Positions 19,963 to 29,624 of a DNA stretch of 64,000 nucleotides are shown here, piece after piece. Under the pieces are notes generated by a model. It saw nothing but the letters and a program-made list of their open reading frames with translations. It searched no databases and was not told where the DNA came from. The DNA is taken from the IMG/VR virus record IMGVR_UViG_3300021387_001128, positions 1,602-65,601 of that record. The stretch is one strand, 5' to 3'. The position numbers and the translations under genes were made by a program. Position 1 is the stretch's first letter, and each line of letters begins with the position of its first letter. This DNA comes from a virus (lineage: Duplodnaviria > Caudoviricetes).

Positions 19963-20349
19963 TTAACTGCTGAATAATCCTTCTATTTCAGATCTTGTGG
20001 CAATAACAAGTTTTTCCGCGATCGTTGTGTTGTCCGTAATCGATACAGGAATATTTAATCCTGTAATGGAAACATTATAGTTTGAATCAGCCTGGATATT
20101 GTTGACGGTATATCGTTTTACGGAGGCGATTTCCTCTGCCCATTCTGCTTCTGTTCCTGTGTATCCAGCCGCTTTTGCTGCAGCGTATGCGGTGACAATT
20201 CCAAAATCCTGCACGGTTCCGTCCGCATATGTAACAATGAAATGTCCATATGTATCGCTTGCACTGTCCGTATTAATCGCGGCGGAAGAAACACTTGCGA
20301 ACACAACAAGGGTTTGAGAAAATTTCGGCCTGAATTTTACCTCAGACAT
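19963..20349 (-). CDS. Hypothetical virion protein
   Basis: GGAGGTG RBS; TAYAAAKAAGYTGTEAEW motif seen in phage fibre-associated proteins. Confidence 0.6.
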   Translation of the reverse strand: MSEVKFRPKFSQTLVVFASVSSAAINTDSASDTYGHFIVTYADGTVQDFGIVTAYAAAKAAGYTGTEAEWAEEIASVKRYTVNNIQADSNYNVSITGLNIPVSITDNTTIAEKLVIATRSEIEGLFSS

Positions 20350-20363
20350 ATGTTCACCTCCTT

Positions 20364-20702
20364 TTACGATCCGCCAAGCTGGCGAATGTGCTGACGCCAC
20401 GTCTCTCCGTAGATTTCGTAGCTAACGGCACGGCCGCTGTTGTTTTTAAAAAATACGTTTAACTCTACTCCATATCTCGTCATCTCTTTGAACAGCAGAG
20501 ACTCAGCCTCTGAAATAATGGAGCTGACGGCTGTTTCGTCGTTTTCCATTTCCGACATCCCGGTGGAAGTGATAATCTTTTCAAGGATAATGTAGCCGCA
20601 TTGACGATATGAAATAATAATTTTTTCCATATCCTCTTTTCTATAAGGAACAACAAATGTCTGGGCGATAGTTTCTCCGGGATGGAACGGTTCAAATTGC
20701 AC
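20364..20702 (-). CDS. Hypothetical protein
   Basis: 112-aa ORF, GTG start after AAGGAAGTG. Confidence 0.55.
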   Translation of the reverse strand: MQFEPFHPGETIAQTFVVPYRKEDMEKIIISYRQCGYIILEKIITSTGMSEMENDETAVSSIISEAESLLFKEMTRYGVELNVFFKNNSGRAVSYEIYGETWRQHIRQLGGS

Positions 20703-20720
20703 GTTATCACTTCCTTTCTT

Positions 20721-20745
20721 AAAGAAGGCCCGGCCGAAGCCGGGC
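20721..20745 (-). terminator. Intrinsic terminator
   Basis: GCCCGGC-TTCG-GCCGGGC followed by CTTCTTT on the minus strand. Confidence 0.6.
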
Positions 20746-20751
20746 TCTTGT

Positions 20752-21120
20752 TTATTCCTCGAAAATTATAAAGTCATCAAGCACTTCAATCTCGTCGATG
20801 GTCATCGGCAGACTGTCGGTAAGTTTAATTGTTGGTTTTTTATAATCCAGATCAACATCGAGCTGCCCAAGTTCTTCCATTTTTTTAAGGAATAGCTCGG
20901 CATTCTCCTTACTGTGGAAGTTAAATTTTCCGGGTTCATCCACATCAGGTTTAAGCTCATTAAGAATCTTTTTCTCTTCTTCACTTTGGAACTCATATTG
21001 ATCCTGTAATGCTTTCTTCAGTTTAAATAAAGCATGAGAAACAGTAGAAGGATATTCTACTTTCTTTTTACGCATCTCTTCAACCATGTTATATGCTGTA
21101 ATAATCTTATATTGTTTCAT
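20752..21120 (-). CDS. Small acidic hypothetical protein downstream of the tail protein
   Basis: 122 aa, AAGGAGG RBS. Confidence 0.65.
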   Translation of the reverse strand: MKQYKIITAYNMVEEMRKKKVEYPSTVSHALFKLKKALQDQYEFQSEEEKKILNELKPDVDEPGKFNFHSKENAELFLKKMEELGQLDVDLDYKKPTIKLTDSLPMTIDEIEVLDDFIIFEE

Positions 21121-21130
21121 ATAATCCTCC

Positions 21131-24100
21131 TTATGATTCTACTGCGAGTTCTACTTCGCTGGACGCGGAACTGTTTGGGCGCCAAACAAGTTGCCATTTC
21201 CCGTTTGATTTCATCCGGTTTATTATACGAGGATAGCTGCTTGCCGTATCTCCAAATATAATTGTTGATATATTGGTATAAGAACCAGATGAGCGAGTTC
21301 CATTGATTAATAAAAAGTTGCCGCCGACCAAAACATCTCCATCATGATTAACTCTGAATATCGGATGTGTCATTTCAATCGCAGAACCAGGATCGGAAGT
21401 CCCACGAATATTGATAAAATAGCTTCCGCTTCCATTCGCGGATAAAGTGGTTGAAACTGTTACACCGTCGGAGTTTGTGTATGTATTTTTAAGACTGCCG
21501 CCGTCAACAACCCAGTTGCCTATTTTACTTCCGTCTCCTGCTGTCAGTGTTCCGCTTATAGATGCGTTTGTAGCTTTTAAATATCCATTGTTTGTCACGT
21601 AAAATGGTATGGAGGCAGCAGCGTTGTAGACGTTTCCGGCCCAGAAGGCAATCGCGCCATTTGCAGTGGAAGGACACATACCCACGGTCGCGCTCGCAAG
21701 CACAGCATTATTACCGATGTGCGATGAATTTATCGCCCAACCGCCAATCGTTCCACTGCTTGCTGTAATAACGCCAGTATTCGACACGGAAAAAGTAGAC
21801 CCAATCGTAAGCTGCCCGCCTGCAATATTAATATTACTTGCATGTACATAACCGTCTGCGGTAACGTAGAATGGTGGTACGCCAGAATAAACTCCGCCAG
21901 CCCAGAAAACGCCAACACCAGTAGTTTCTGATGAAACCATACCAACGGTAGAGCTTTGCCATGTGCTCTTGTTGCCAATATACCCAGAGCCAATATACCA
22001 GCCGCCAACAGTACCGGAAGTGGCTGTGAGCGCACCAGTATTTGTAACCTGGAACGCAACAGTATTGTTGTTTGTAATCCGGATTGAACCGCCGGTAATT
22101 TCAACGTTGGATACTGATAGCTTACCTGTACCTGTAACTTTAAACGGAGTAGCTGAGCTAGCTCTTGTACCACCGGCCCAGATTACAACATCTTCTGATC
22201 CAATGCCGGCAGACATCAATCCAATCGTAGACAAGGTAAGCGTGTCCGCGTTGCCGATAAAGTACCGATGCCCTGTAATCTCGCCAGTGTTCTCGTTAAC
22301 AAGTGTTTGATCACCTATTGTCCAACCAGCAATCGATCCTTTGTTCGCGGTTACAACACCGTCGTTTGTAACAGTAAAGTTACCGCCGCCAATATTAAAC
22401 GAACCTTTGCTGATCGTCGTAGTGCCGTCAGCCGCAACAGAGAATGCTGTACCAATCTGGCTCTTGTAATACGTATTGGTTGCGAAGGTTGCCGCAGAAG
22501 TAAGCTGTGTATAAACATCTTTGCCATCTACTGTATTCTTCGTGTAATAGCTGGCGAAGTTGGTATTCATATCTCCCGGATCAGAAGTAAGCAGTTCATA
22601 CTTAGTCCTGCCGGCCCAGAACACAATCGGGTTCTCAGTCGTCCAGGTAGACGCCAAACCAACCTTGTAGTTGTTGCGGCTGCTCTCGCTGCCTTCGATT
22701 AACCCACCGGCAAGATAACTGTCACCAATATGCCACCCGGCAATGTTACCTGCGGTAGCTCTGATCTCTCCTGACATGTAAACATTGCCGTTAATGTCAG
22801 CATAGAATCCAGAACCCTGGTTCTGTAGATCGGCAGTCGTGTAGGAGACTGCGCCAGTCCCACCGCTCACGTTGCGAACAACATCTCCGAGCATGAGCTT
22901 ATCTGTACCAAGATACACCATTCTGTTGGTGTTCTCTTGAGCATAGACGATATGGCCGCTGTTGATATCTTCTTCGATTAAGAACCCGGCAATATAACCG
23001 CTATACGCTTCTATGTGACCCTTCATCTTAACGTTGCCGTTCTCATCTATTTCGAAGTTGCCAGATTCTACGGTAAACTTACCGGACGGCTGTCCTTCTA
23101 CGCCGGCGAGAATGTTTATAGACGAGCCGCCTGTAATATTCACAGAACCGGAAGCGGTCATGTTTAATTCAGCGCCGCTGAGATTTAGTTCTCCGCCGCT
23201 CTCAATATTGATTACACCACCGGCTCTGGATTTAAACACTTCGGCTGTGTAGTATATGTTCTCAGCCCAGATATGCGTAGAGTCTTCGAGCTGAGTATAA
23301 ACATCTTCTCCGTCTATCGTGGACTTTGTATAGTAATCCTGATAGTTTGCTCCGATATCTCCGGGATCTTCTTCTACCAACGTATACCGCGTCTCGTATG
23401 CGCCGGCTCGAAGGTTGACTTCGCCGCCGGACATAACGTTGACCTGCGCAGGTCTGACGCCTGTAACACCGGATGTAATCTCGATAATGCTGTCGTTGGT
23501 TCGCAGACTGCCGGCAGGCTTCTTCCCGTCGGCCGTGGCGAACAGGGACAGTGTTTTGTTTGCGGAGATATCCAGGTCAGCACCAACAAAAGAACTGAGT
23601 TTTTCCGTTGTAATAGAGTAGTTCTCTATGCGCTGAACATTAAGGTAGCCCGCAACAATCTTCTCTGCGGCAATACCGTCGCCGGTTGCCATCGTTGTAT
23701 ATACCCAGTCACCCCACTCATCCTTGCGGTTGGAGATGCAATACCCGGCGCCGGTTAGCATCATCGCGGATGTACCATCTGCCGCTTCGAATACGATGTT
23801 GCCATGCCGGTCGGTGTACCAACTGGATTCTGTGGATTTCAGCTTAGCTTCCCATTCTCCAATTAACTTGCTGGCATACACAAAGCCTTCTTCGTTTGTG
23901 ATCTCGTTGATCCGGTTGAGAAGGGCCTGCTTGTTTTTGGCTGTGCTGGCAACTTCAGCAATCCGGGTCATCACATCCGTGAAGTCGTGCTGCCCAATTA
24001 GGGAGAGCTGGGTGTTAATGGAGATCTGCGTCTCCCAGGGTTTGTCGTAACACTTGTCAATCTTGTCAATGTAAGCCCAGCAGTTGATATCAATCTCCGG

Positions 24101-27100
24101 GTCCACAAGATGGATCGCGTCTGTAATCTGAATATCCGGCCAGGATACAGGTTCTTCTTCGTCCGCAGAGAATGCCATGTCTAGATTCGCTCCATACAAA
24201 TCCAGATAGGAGATATTGTAAGTAGCTTCCGGATGAGCGATCTCCTTCAGGTTATCCAGGCCGTCTCGATAAAGCTTTGCTTCGTCTCCCGCTACATAAT
24301 CTGTCTCCTGCCAGCGGCCTTCCCGGAACATGTCTCCAAGCAGGTTAGCAAGCTTATTGTCTTCTTCGGTGATCTTAGCCTGTGCGTTTTTAAGCGCCGT
24401 CACATAGTCGAAGTAGATCGTATCAGAGAGATCCGCAAAAGTCTTCGTTAAGTTATTTAGTCCCTTTAGATCTCCGGCTGTCGAAACAGGAGTGAGCATG
24501 GTGTAAGGGAGCTTGTAGTTATCGTTGATAAATGCCTTGCTCTCGTATCCCTGGATACGAACATAATAAGTGTCTAACAGAGTAGTGTTGTAATAATAAA
24601 AAATCGCAGTGGTTGTATTTGTGGATGTGTCATATTTGTCTTCGACTAAAAGAACGAAGCCGTTCTCATCCAAATATGCCGCAACATCCGCGTTCTCAGG
24701 TAGAGCCTTCCACTGTTCCGGTGTAAGGCCACCGGTCTCTCCGAGCTCAACCTTGTAATCTACCGGGATTGCGATCCGGACGTACCGAGCATCCGGCTTG
24801 TACTCCGGGCTGTCGTAGTCTACGGTAGTCTGCTCCGGTACAATAAAGGTTGTGTTGTTCGTTTTCCACCAGCCGCGATACTTCTTGGCTTGGTCGTAGA
24901 ATACGATGATGGCAGTTTCCGGCAGATTGGTTTCATAACCATTGCCGGGATAAACTTCAATATACCGGCTTACAACCTGATTGGTCACTGTATCATCAAC
25001 GGTAATCTCGTGCCCGTCTGTTGAGCTGACCCAACCGGGCGAGAAGAGATCCGCGCTGATAATGTTGCTCTCCATCGGCTTAACAGAATACTGCGGCACA
25101 GTTGTTGCCTGCACGATGTTGGCTACATCATCGTCCTGATATACATAGTTATATGCGGTATCCACCCAGATCTTAGAATCAATCGGGATCATCTTGTCTG
25201 TTGTGAATGCCCACCAGTAATCGTAACCGCTGGGAATCAGATATCTTCCAACCGGCAGCGTAAGACCTTCAACGGTATACTCATACCGTTCAAACAACCC
25301 TTTGTAAAGCTGATCCCTTCTCCTACACAGATACCACACCTGGCTGAAGCAGGTCGTCATCCGTCTGTCGGATGCGGTCTCAAGCTCAACCCATACGCCG
25401 TCAGACAGAACCCAGAGCGTTCTCAGTTTCGTGTTAAAGAAGTAGGCGCCTGCATCTGCCGGCTGGTCACTCATATGAGCAGAGTGATAATACTTCGTAA
25501 ACGCATCCGTCCACTTTGCAACCATCTCTTCTTGTTCTTCGGCGGTTGCTTCTGTATAAGCAGTATCGTTCTCTTTCAAGTAATTCAGATGCTCTTCAAG
25601 CGCGGCCGCCAGATTGGTTGCATAATCAGGATTATCTTCAATCGAAGGAGTGTTCTCTTGCATGTAAACGTAATGCCACTCTTTATCCTTCGGACCGCAG
25701 AAGTAAAGATCGCCTGCCCGGTCTTCCATCGGGTAGTACCGATAGAACCAGCCGTAGGCGTTTTCAACTGCAACGCTTGCGGTCGGTGGTTCAAGCGGAT
25801 TGTCGAGAGAGTCCGTCCAGCGGTTGTCTACAAAGTAAAACGGATGTACTTCAGTAGATACTGCTGTCGAAGTAGTGATCTGCTGCTGCACGATGGCTTC
25901 GTCCTGGAGCTGCAACGCTCCAAGTTTGCCGCTCATACTCACTGTACAGAACAGGTAGAATCGATCAGTAGATTTCCACGGTGGGATTACGCCCTTCTCT
26001 TCTGTGTTCATCGATCCCCACACGGTAATCTTCTTGGGTTCATCTCCCATGTTAAGACCGTAATCGTAATCAGCAGGATAACCGTACTCCGTCATGCGGT
26101 CGTCAATCTGTTTAAGATACACCCGTTCCCAGGATACTGGATCTGTGTCGTGCACAATAAATAGAGCAGACGGAGTACCGGATGTGGGATCGCCATTGGA
26201 TTTGAGCTGCTTGGCAATGTGCCATTCGAAGTAGTTCTTTTTGCTCTCCAGATAGTCAGAACGGTACAGCACACCGTTGTCTCCGCGAGAAGTATCGATC
26301 GTCATTGTAACGCTCTTGTCTTCATTCACGGTGTATCCGGAAATTGCCAGCCGCAAGAATCCTGTCTGGCTGTTGGCCACGTTGCTCAGCTCGGTTAGAC
26401 CGTTTGCCAGTTGTTCAGCCGCCGCCTGAGAGATCTTGTAATACTCTACCATGTCTCTCTGATAGGTAGCCAGCGCCTGCTTCATCTCGTCGTCCAGCAG
26501 GCCAATCTTCTCGTAATAGTCGAAGTTGAACAGGGCAGGGAAGTAGTTCTGCTTCGTTACGACATAAGAATATGTGAATGTCTCCGACTCCGAATCCTTC
26601 TCGGCATAAAAAGACAAATCAGCCGCGTCTTCGATTGGGATGACCGTTGTGTCATAAGTTGCACTGGACGAGCTGCTGGTCATTTTTTTTACAGTAAAAT
26701 CCCAGCGTAGAACAGATCCTGCGCTCAGCTCTTCGTCGATTGTGACATAGTGAGTCTCTCCCAGGTCGTCTGTAAAGTAGAAGTCGTGTATCCAGTTTAC
26801 CTTACGGGTTGGCTGAGTGGAAAGATAATAGGCGTTCCAGTCAGCAGTCCACCGCCGGATCAGCGCAGCTTTCTGGTATTCGTTGGCTGTGGTGTATCTC
26901 TCGGTGGTCTTCTTGTATTCTACGTACTCTGTATCCGTAGAATACCGCGCCATAATCTGTTCTTCTTCTGTAAGCTCCCGTTCTTCTGCTGGGATCTCTG
27001 TGACGATAGCCGCATCAGCAGTAAGTGTGAAGGTAATCTGATTGCGGATAGCATAATCTTCAATCAGATAATAATCATTCTTCGGCTCTTTTGTCAGAGA

Positions 27101-28309
27101 GTAGGCAACTCGACTGCGATCGTTCCACACATAAGACCGTGAAGTAAAGTCCAGCTTGGACCAAATCAACAGATCGCCAGGTTCGATATCGTCCGTAACA
27201 ACAAAATAACGGATCGCACCGTAATCGTCTTTGATTCTGAACTCACTGCCGGCCGGCATAGCATACTGCATTACATATTGATACTCATTGTGCACTGCTG
27301 TCTGAATGCTGCACATGCCATTCATATCGCCGTAAGAACCGTAAGGATAAAGCTTGGTTACGATGTTCTCTGTGTTCAGTGTTCTCGTAACATCCTTCAG
27401 GTTCTTCTCGTAATGCAGCTCGATGGCCTGCCGGTCTCCGGATACAACCAAATTAGGGATCTCGCCTTCTTCAAGATCTTCGGAGAAGGGATTCATCGGC
27501 AGAATATCTACAGAATAAGTCTTGTACCAGTAGTACAGACCGTCTTCGTAAACAGTCGGCTCCGTAAGTTGTTCGTAAGTATAATAAAGGCCGCCCATAT
27601 ATCTGCAGGGTCCGGACGGACGGGATACCGTCCCAGTCTCCGACAGCTTGCAGTAAGCGGAGTAGTTGGTGTCCATGTCTCCGGGATTCTCTTGGAGCAG
27701 GGGATAGCTCTCCGCGTGATAAACAGGTTTAGCATCGAACTTCTCACACATCATCTCGACCATTCTGAAGGCGCCGGTTCCAGCCGAACATTCCAGCGAG
27801 CGGATCTTCTCCGTGGGTTCCGGAGTGTCTTCTTCCAGGAACTCCGCGACTTCACCCACCTTCCAGCCCGTGCCGTCAAGAATCGTTGTCAGCAAGTCCT
27901 TGGCAGTGCCAACGTTGTTGCCTTCGGCATCGTTGAACTCAAGATTCAGATTCTTGGTTTTAAGAAGCTGGCATACATGAGTTGCCTTGACATCGATATT
28001 TTTGGAGAATGCGCTGTGCGTAACCTTGGGTTCCGAGATCAAGAACCAGTCTGTTTCATAGTCGTCTTTAACCCGCAGACGGTAATCCGCAATCAGATAT
28101 TGAATGCGGTAGTTCTCTTCTTCTCCGTCTTCTCCTTGGCAGGTAGACGGGAGTTTAAACGATAGCTCCTTCCATCCATTCCGTTCGGTCGTCACAACCA
28201 CATCGGTTGCCTGACCGGACAGATCTCGTGCACTGTCGTACAGATTACAAATAAATCTGTTGCGATAATCGCAGATATCCAGGCACAAGTTGCGTCCCCT
28301 TCTGTTCAC
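21131..28309 (-). CDS. Large tail tip protein (Tal/prophage tail endopeptidase-like N-terminus, C-terminal beta-repeats)
   Basis: Directly follows Dit; N-terminal LDICD...NGWKELSF.LP...FLI..P...H...L pattern; C-terminal G.I.GW.IG...IGN..STVGM..FWAG..PF.VT repeats. Confidence 0.75.
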   Translation of the reverse strand: MNRRGRNLCLDICDYRNRFICNLYDSARDLSGQATDVVVTTERNGWKELSFKLPSTCQGEDGEEENYRIQYLIADYRLRVKDDYETDWFLISEPKVTHSAFSKNIDVKATHVCQLLKTKNLNLEFNDAEGNNVGTAKDLLTTILDGTGWKVGEVAEFLEEDTPEPTEKIRSLECSAGTGAFRMVEMMCEKFDAKPVYHAESYPLLQENPGDMDTNYSAYCKLSETGTVSRPSGPCRYMGGLYYTYEQLTEPTVYEDGLYYWYKTYSVDILPMNPFSEDLEEGEIPNLVVSGDRQAIELHYEKNLKDVTRTLNTENIVTKLYPYGSYGDMNGMCSIQTAVHNEYQYVMQYAMPAGSEFRIKDDYGAIRYFVVTDDIEPGDLLIWSKLDFTSRSYVWNDRSRVAYSLTKEPKNDYYLIEDYAIRNQITFTLTADAAIVTEIPAEERELTEEEQIMARYSTDTEYVEYKKTTERYTTANEYQKAALIRRWTADWNAYYLSTQPTRKVNWIHDFYFTDDLGETHYVTIDEELSAGSVLRWDFTVKKMTSSSSSATYDTTVIPIEDAADLSFYAEKDSESETFTYSYVVTKQNYFPALFNFDYYEKIGLLDDEMKQALATYQRDMVEYYKISQAAAEQLANGLTELSNVANSQTGFLRLAISGYTVNEDKSVTMTIDTSRGDNGVLYRSDYLESKKNYFEWHIAKQLKSNGDPTSGTPSALFIVHDTDPVSWERVYLKQIDDRMTEYGYPADYDYGLNMGDEPKKITVWGSMNTEEKGVIPPWKSTDRFYLFCTVSMSGKLGALQLQDEAIVQQQITTSTAVSTEVHPFYFVDNRWTDSLDNPLEPPTASVAVENAYGWFYRYYPMEDRAGDLYFCGPKDKEWHYVYMQENTPSIEDNPDYATNLAAALEEHLNYLKENDTAYTEATAEEQEEMVAKWTDAFTKYYHSAHMSDQPADAGAYFFNTKLRTLWVLSDGVWVELETASDRRMTTCFSQVWYLCRRRDQLYKGLFERYEYTVEGLTLPVGRYLIPSGYDYWWAFTTDKMIPIDSKIWVDTAYNYVYQDDDVANIVQATTVPQYSVKPMESNIISADLFSPGWVSSTDGHEITVDDTVTNQVVSRYIEVYPGNGYETNLPETAIIVFYDQAKKYRGWWKTNNTTFIVPEQTTVDYDSPEYKPDARYVRIAIPVDYKVELGETGGLTPEQWKALPENADVAAYLDENGFVLLVEDKYDTSTNTTTAIFYYYNTTLLDTYYVRIQGYESKAFINDNYKLPYTMLTPVSTAGDLKGLNNLTKTFADLSDTIYFDYVTALKNAQAKITEEDNKLANLLGDMFREGRWQETDYVAGDEAKLYRDGLDNLKEIAHPEATYNISYLDLYGANLDMAFSADEEEPVSWPDIQITDAIHLVDPEIDINCWAYIDKIDKCYDKPWETQISINTQLSLIGQHDFTDVMTRIAEVASTAKNKQALLNRINEITNEEGFVYASKLIGEWEAKLKSTESSWYTDRHGNIVFEAADGTSAMMLTGAGYCISNRKDEWGDWVYTTMATGDGIAAEKIVAGYLNVQRIENYSITTEKLSSFVGADLDISANKTLSLFATADGKKPAGSLRTNDSIIEITSGVTGVRPAQVNVMSGGEVNLRAGAYETRYTLVEEDPGDIGANYQDYYTKSTIDGEDVYTQLEDSTHIWAENIYYTAEVFKSRAGGVINIESGGELNLSGAELNMTASGSVNITGGSSINILAGVEGQPSGKFTVESGNFEIDENGNVKMKGHIEAYSGYIAGFLIEEDINSGHIVYAQENTNRMVYLGTDKLMLGDVVRNVSGGTGAVSYTTADLQNQGSGFYADINGNVYMSGEIRATAGNIAGWHIGDSYLAGGLIEGSESSRNNYKVGLASTWTTENPIVFWAGRTKYELLTSDPGDMNTNFASYYTKNTVDGKDVYTQLTSAATFATNTYYKSQIGTAFSVAADGTTTISKGSFNIGGGNFTVTNDGVVTANKGSIAGWTIGDQTLVNENTGEITGHRYFIGNADTLTLSTIGLMSAGIGSEDVVIWAGGTRASSATPFKVTGTGKLSVSNVEITGGSIRITNNNTVAFQVTNTGALTATSGTVGGWYIGSGYIGNKSTWQSSTVGMVSSETTGVGVFWAGGVYSGVPPFYVTADGYVHASNINIAGGQLTIGSTFSVSNTGVITASSGTIGGWAINSSHIGNNAVLASATVGMCPSTANGAIAFWAGNVYNAAASIPFYVTNNGYLKATNASISGTLTAGDGSKIGNWVVDGGSLKNTYTNSDGVTVSTTLSANGSGSYFINIRGTSDPGSAIEMTHPIFRVNHDGDVLVGGNFLLINGTRSSGSYTNISTIIFGDTASSYPRIINRMKSNGKWQLVWRPNSSASSEVELAVES

Positions 28310-28325
28310 TTCGTTCTCACTCCCT

Positions 28326-29432
28326 TTACGAATAAGTTGGTTTATAGATAAATTTAAGTCTTGTTAACGCCATATCGGCGACCGGAGCGATATAAATTTC
28401 GTTGAGCTGGGCCACCATCGTGCGTTCCGTTCCGTTTCCTTCGACACGTTTCTTCAGCTCCAGGCTGTGTTTGTCTACAACCCTGGCAATCTGTATCCAT
28501 TCCCCGTTCAGGTAAATATGTTTGTCTGCGAAATATTTGGTAGCATCTGCCGCCGTTTCTTCTTCAAAGTCGTACAGCATATTGATTACATTAACCCTAT
28601 TGCTGTTGCTATACTGAACGTACAGATCCCGCACCGCAGGGAAAGCCGGCTCAAGAGACAGGAAGCCATAGTCATGATAAAGAAAGCAGATTTTTGTCTC
28701 GGCGCCGCCCTTCATTATGGTTCTGCCATTGATGGGATCGGTGTACAGGTATTGTCCTTCTTCGGTCGTTGCCGCCTTGGTCAGGCCGACAAACTTACAT
28801 TGTTCTCCGTTTGTTTTGTTGGTGATGTACACGCCGGACGGAGCGTCACCCGCAATCTCAATTCCTACAGCTGCAGGTTCGGTCCCGGGGTTCATCAGGA
28901 AAATGGTTGTGGGTTCAGTGATATCTTCTGAGCAGTCCGCTTCGGTTGGCAGGAGCATTGTCTCGCTCTCTACAACAGCAGTGTTACTCATGATATCTGC
29001 GTATTCTTTATCAGTCCTGGTGGAGTACCACACATCGCTTCGTGCGAACGGGTAATAAGCTTTGGCTTTAATAGTAATCAGACCGTTAAGATAATTTGTG
29101 AAGTCTTCTGTAACTTCGGTAATAACCACATGGTAGTAGCACCACGGCCGCCGTTGAAATACCAGCTTGCCAGATGATCCAACTTTGAATACAGAGTAGA
29201 TCTTTGCCATGATACCTCTGTCAATTCTCTCTTCTTCGAAGAAGCAGCGAAGGGTGAACTCCTTGGGCTGCCGTGTTGCTCCGTAAAAGTAACCGCCGTG
29301 ATGTCCGTCAAATGATTCTTCATGAATGTTGGATTGTGCCGGCCTGTAAGCGTAGGTGTCTTCCATCTCGGGAGCATAGTTTAGCCCGAGACTGGCAACG
29401 TCCAAACCATTGAAGGAAAAGCCGCCTTTCAT
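28326..29432 (-). CDS. Distal tail protein (Dit)
   Basis: Directly follows the tape measure gene; MKGGFSFNG...G..FYGAT..P.EF.L.CFF...GKLVF..RP..YY pattern. Confidence 0.75.
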   Translation of the reverse strand: MKGGFSFNGLDVASLGLNYAPEMEDTYAYRPAQSNIHEESFDGHHGGYFYGATRQPKEFTLRCFFEEERIDRGIMAKIYSVFKVGSSGKLVFQRRPWCYYHVVITEVTEDFTNYLNGLITIKAKAYYPFARSDVWYSTRTDKEYADIMSNTAVVESETMLLPTEADCSEDITEPTTIFLMNPGTEPAAVGIEIAGDAPSGVYITNKTNGEQCKFVGLTKAATTEEGQYLYTDPINGRTIMKGGAETKICFLYHDYGFLSLEPAFPAVRDLYVQYSNSNRVNVINMLYDFEEETAADATKYFADKHIYLNGEWIQIARVVDKHSLELKKRVEGNGTERTMVAQLNEIYIAPVADMALTRLKFIYKPTYS

Positions 29433-29559
29433 ATTGTTTCACCTTCTCTCTCTTCTCCTATACATCCCGCTTCGAACGAGACGATGTATACTGTTTTACA
29501 AAAGAACGTATACTGGTTAATAAAGGTTATTAAGTAATATATATAAAATACTGTATAAA

Positions 29560-29594
29560 ATAATAGACGGGAGAGGGGTGGAACCCCTCTCCCG
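29560..29594 (-). terminator. Hairpin/terminator after the tape measure gene
   Basis: CGGGAGAGGGG-5-CCCCTCTCCCG perfect 11-bp stem, then TCTATTATTTT on the minus strand. Confidence 0.6.
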
Positions 29595-29624
29595 AAATAA
29601 TCAAACAAGTTGTCAATCGGAATA

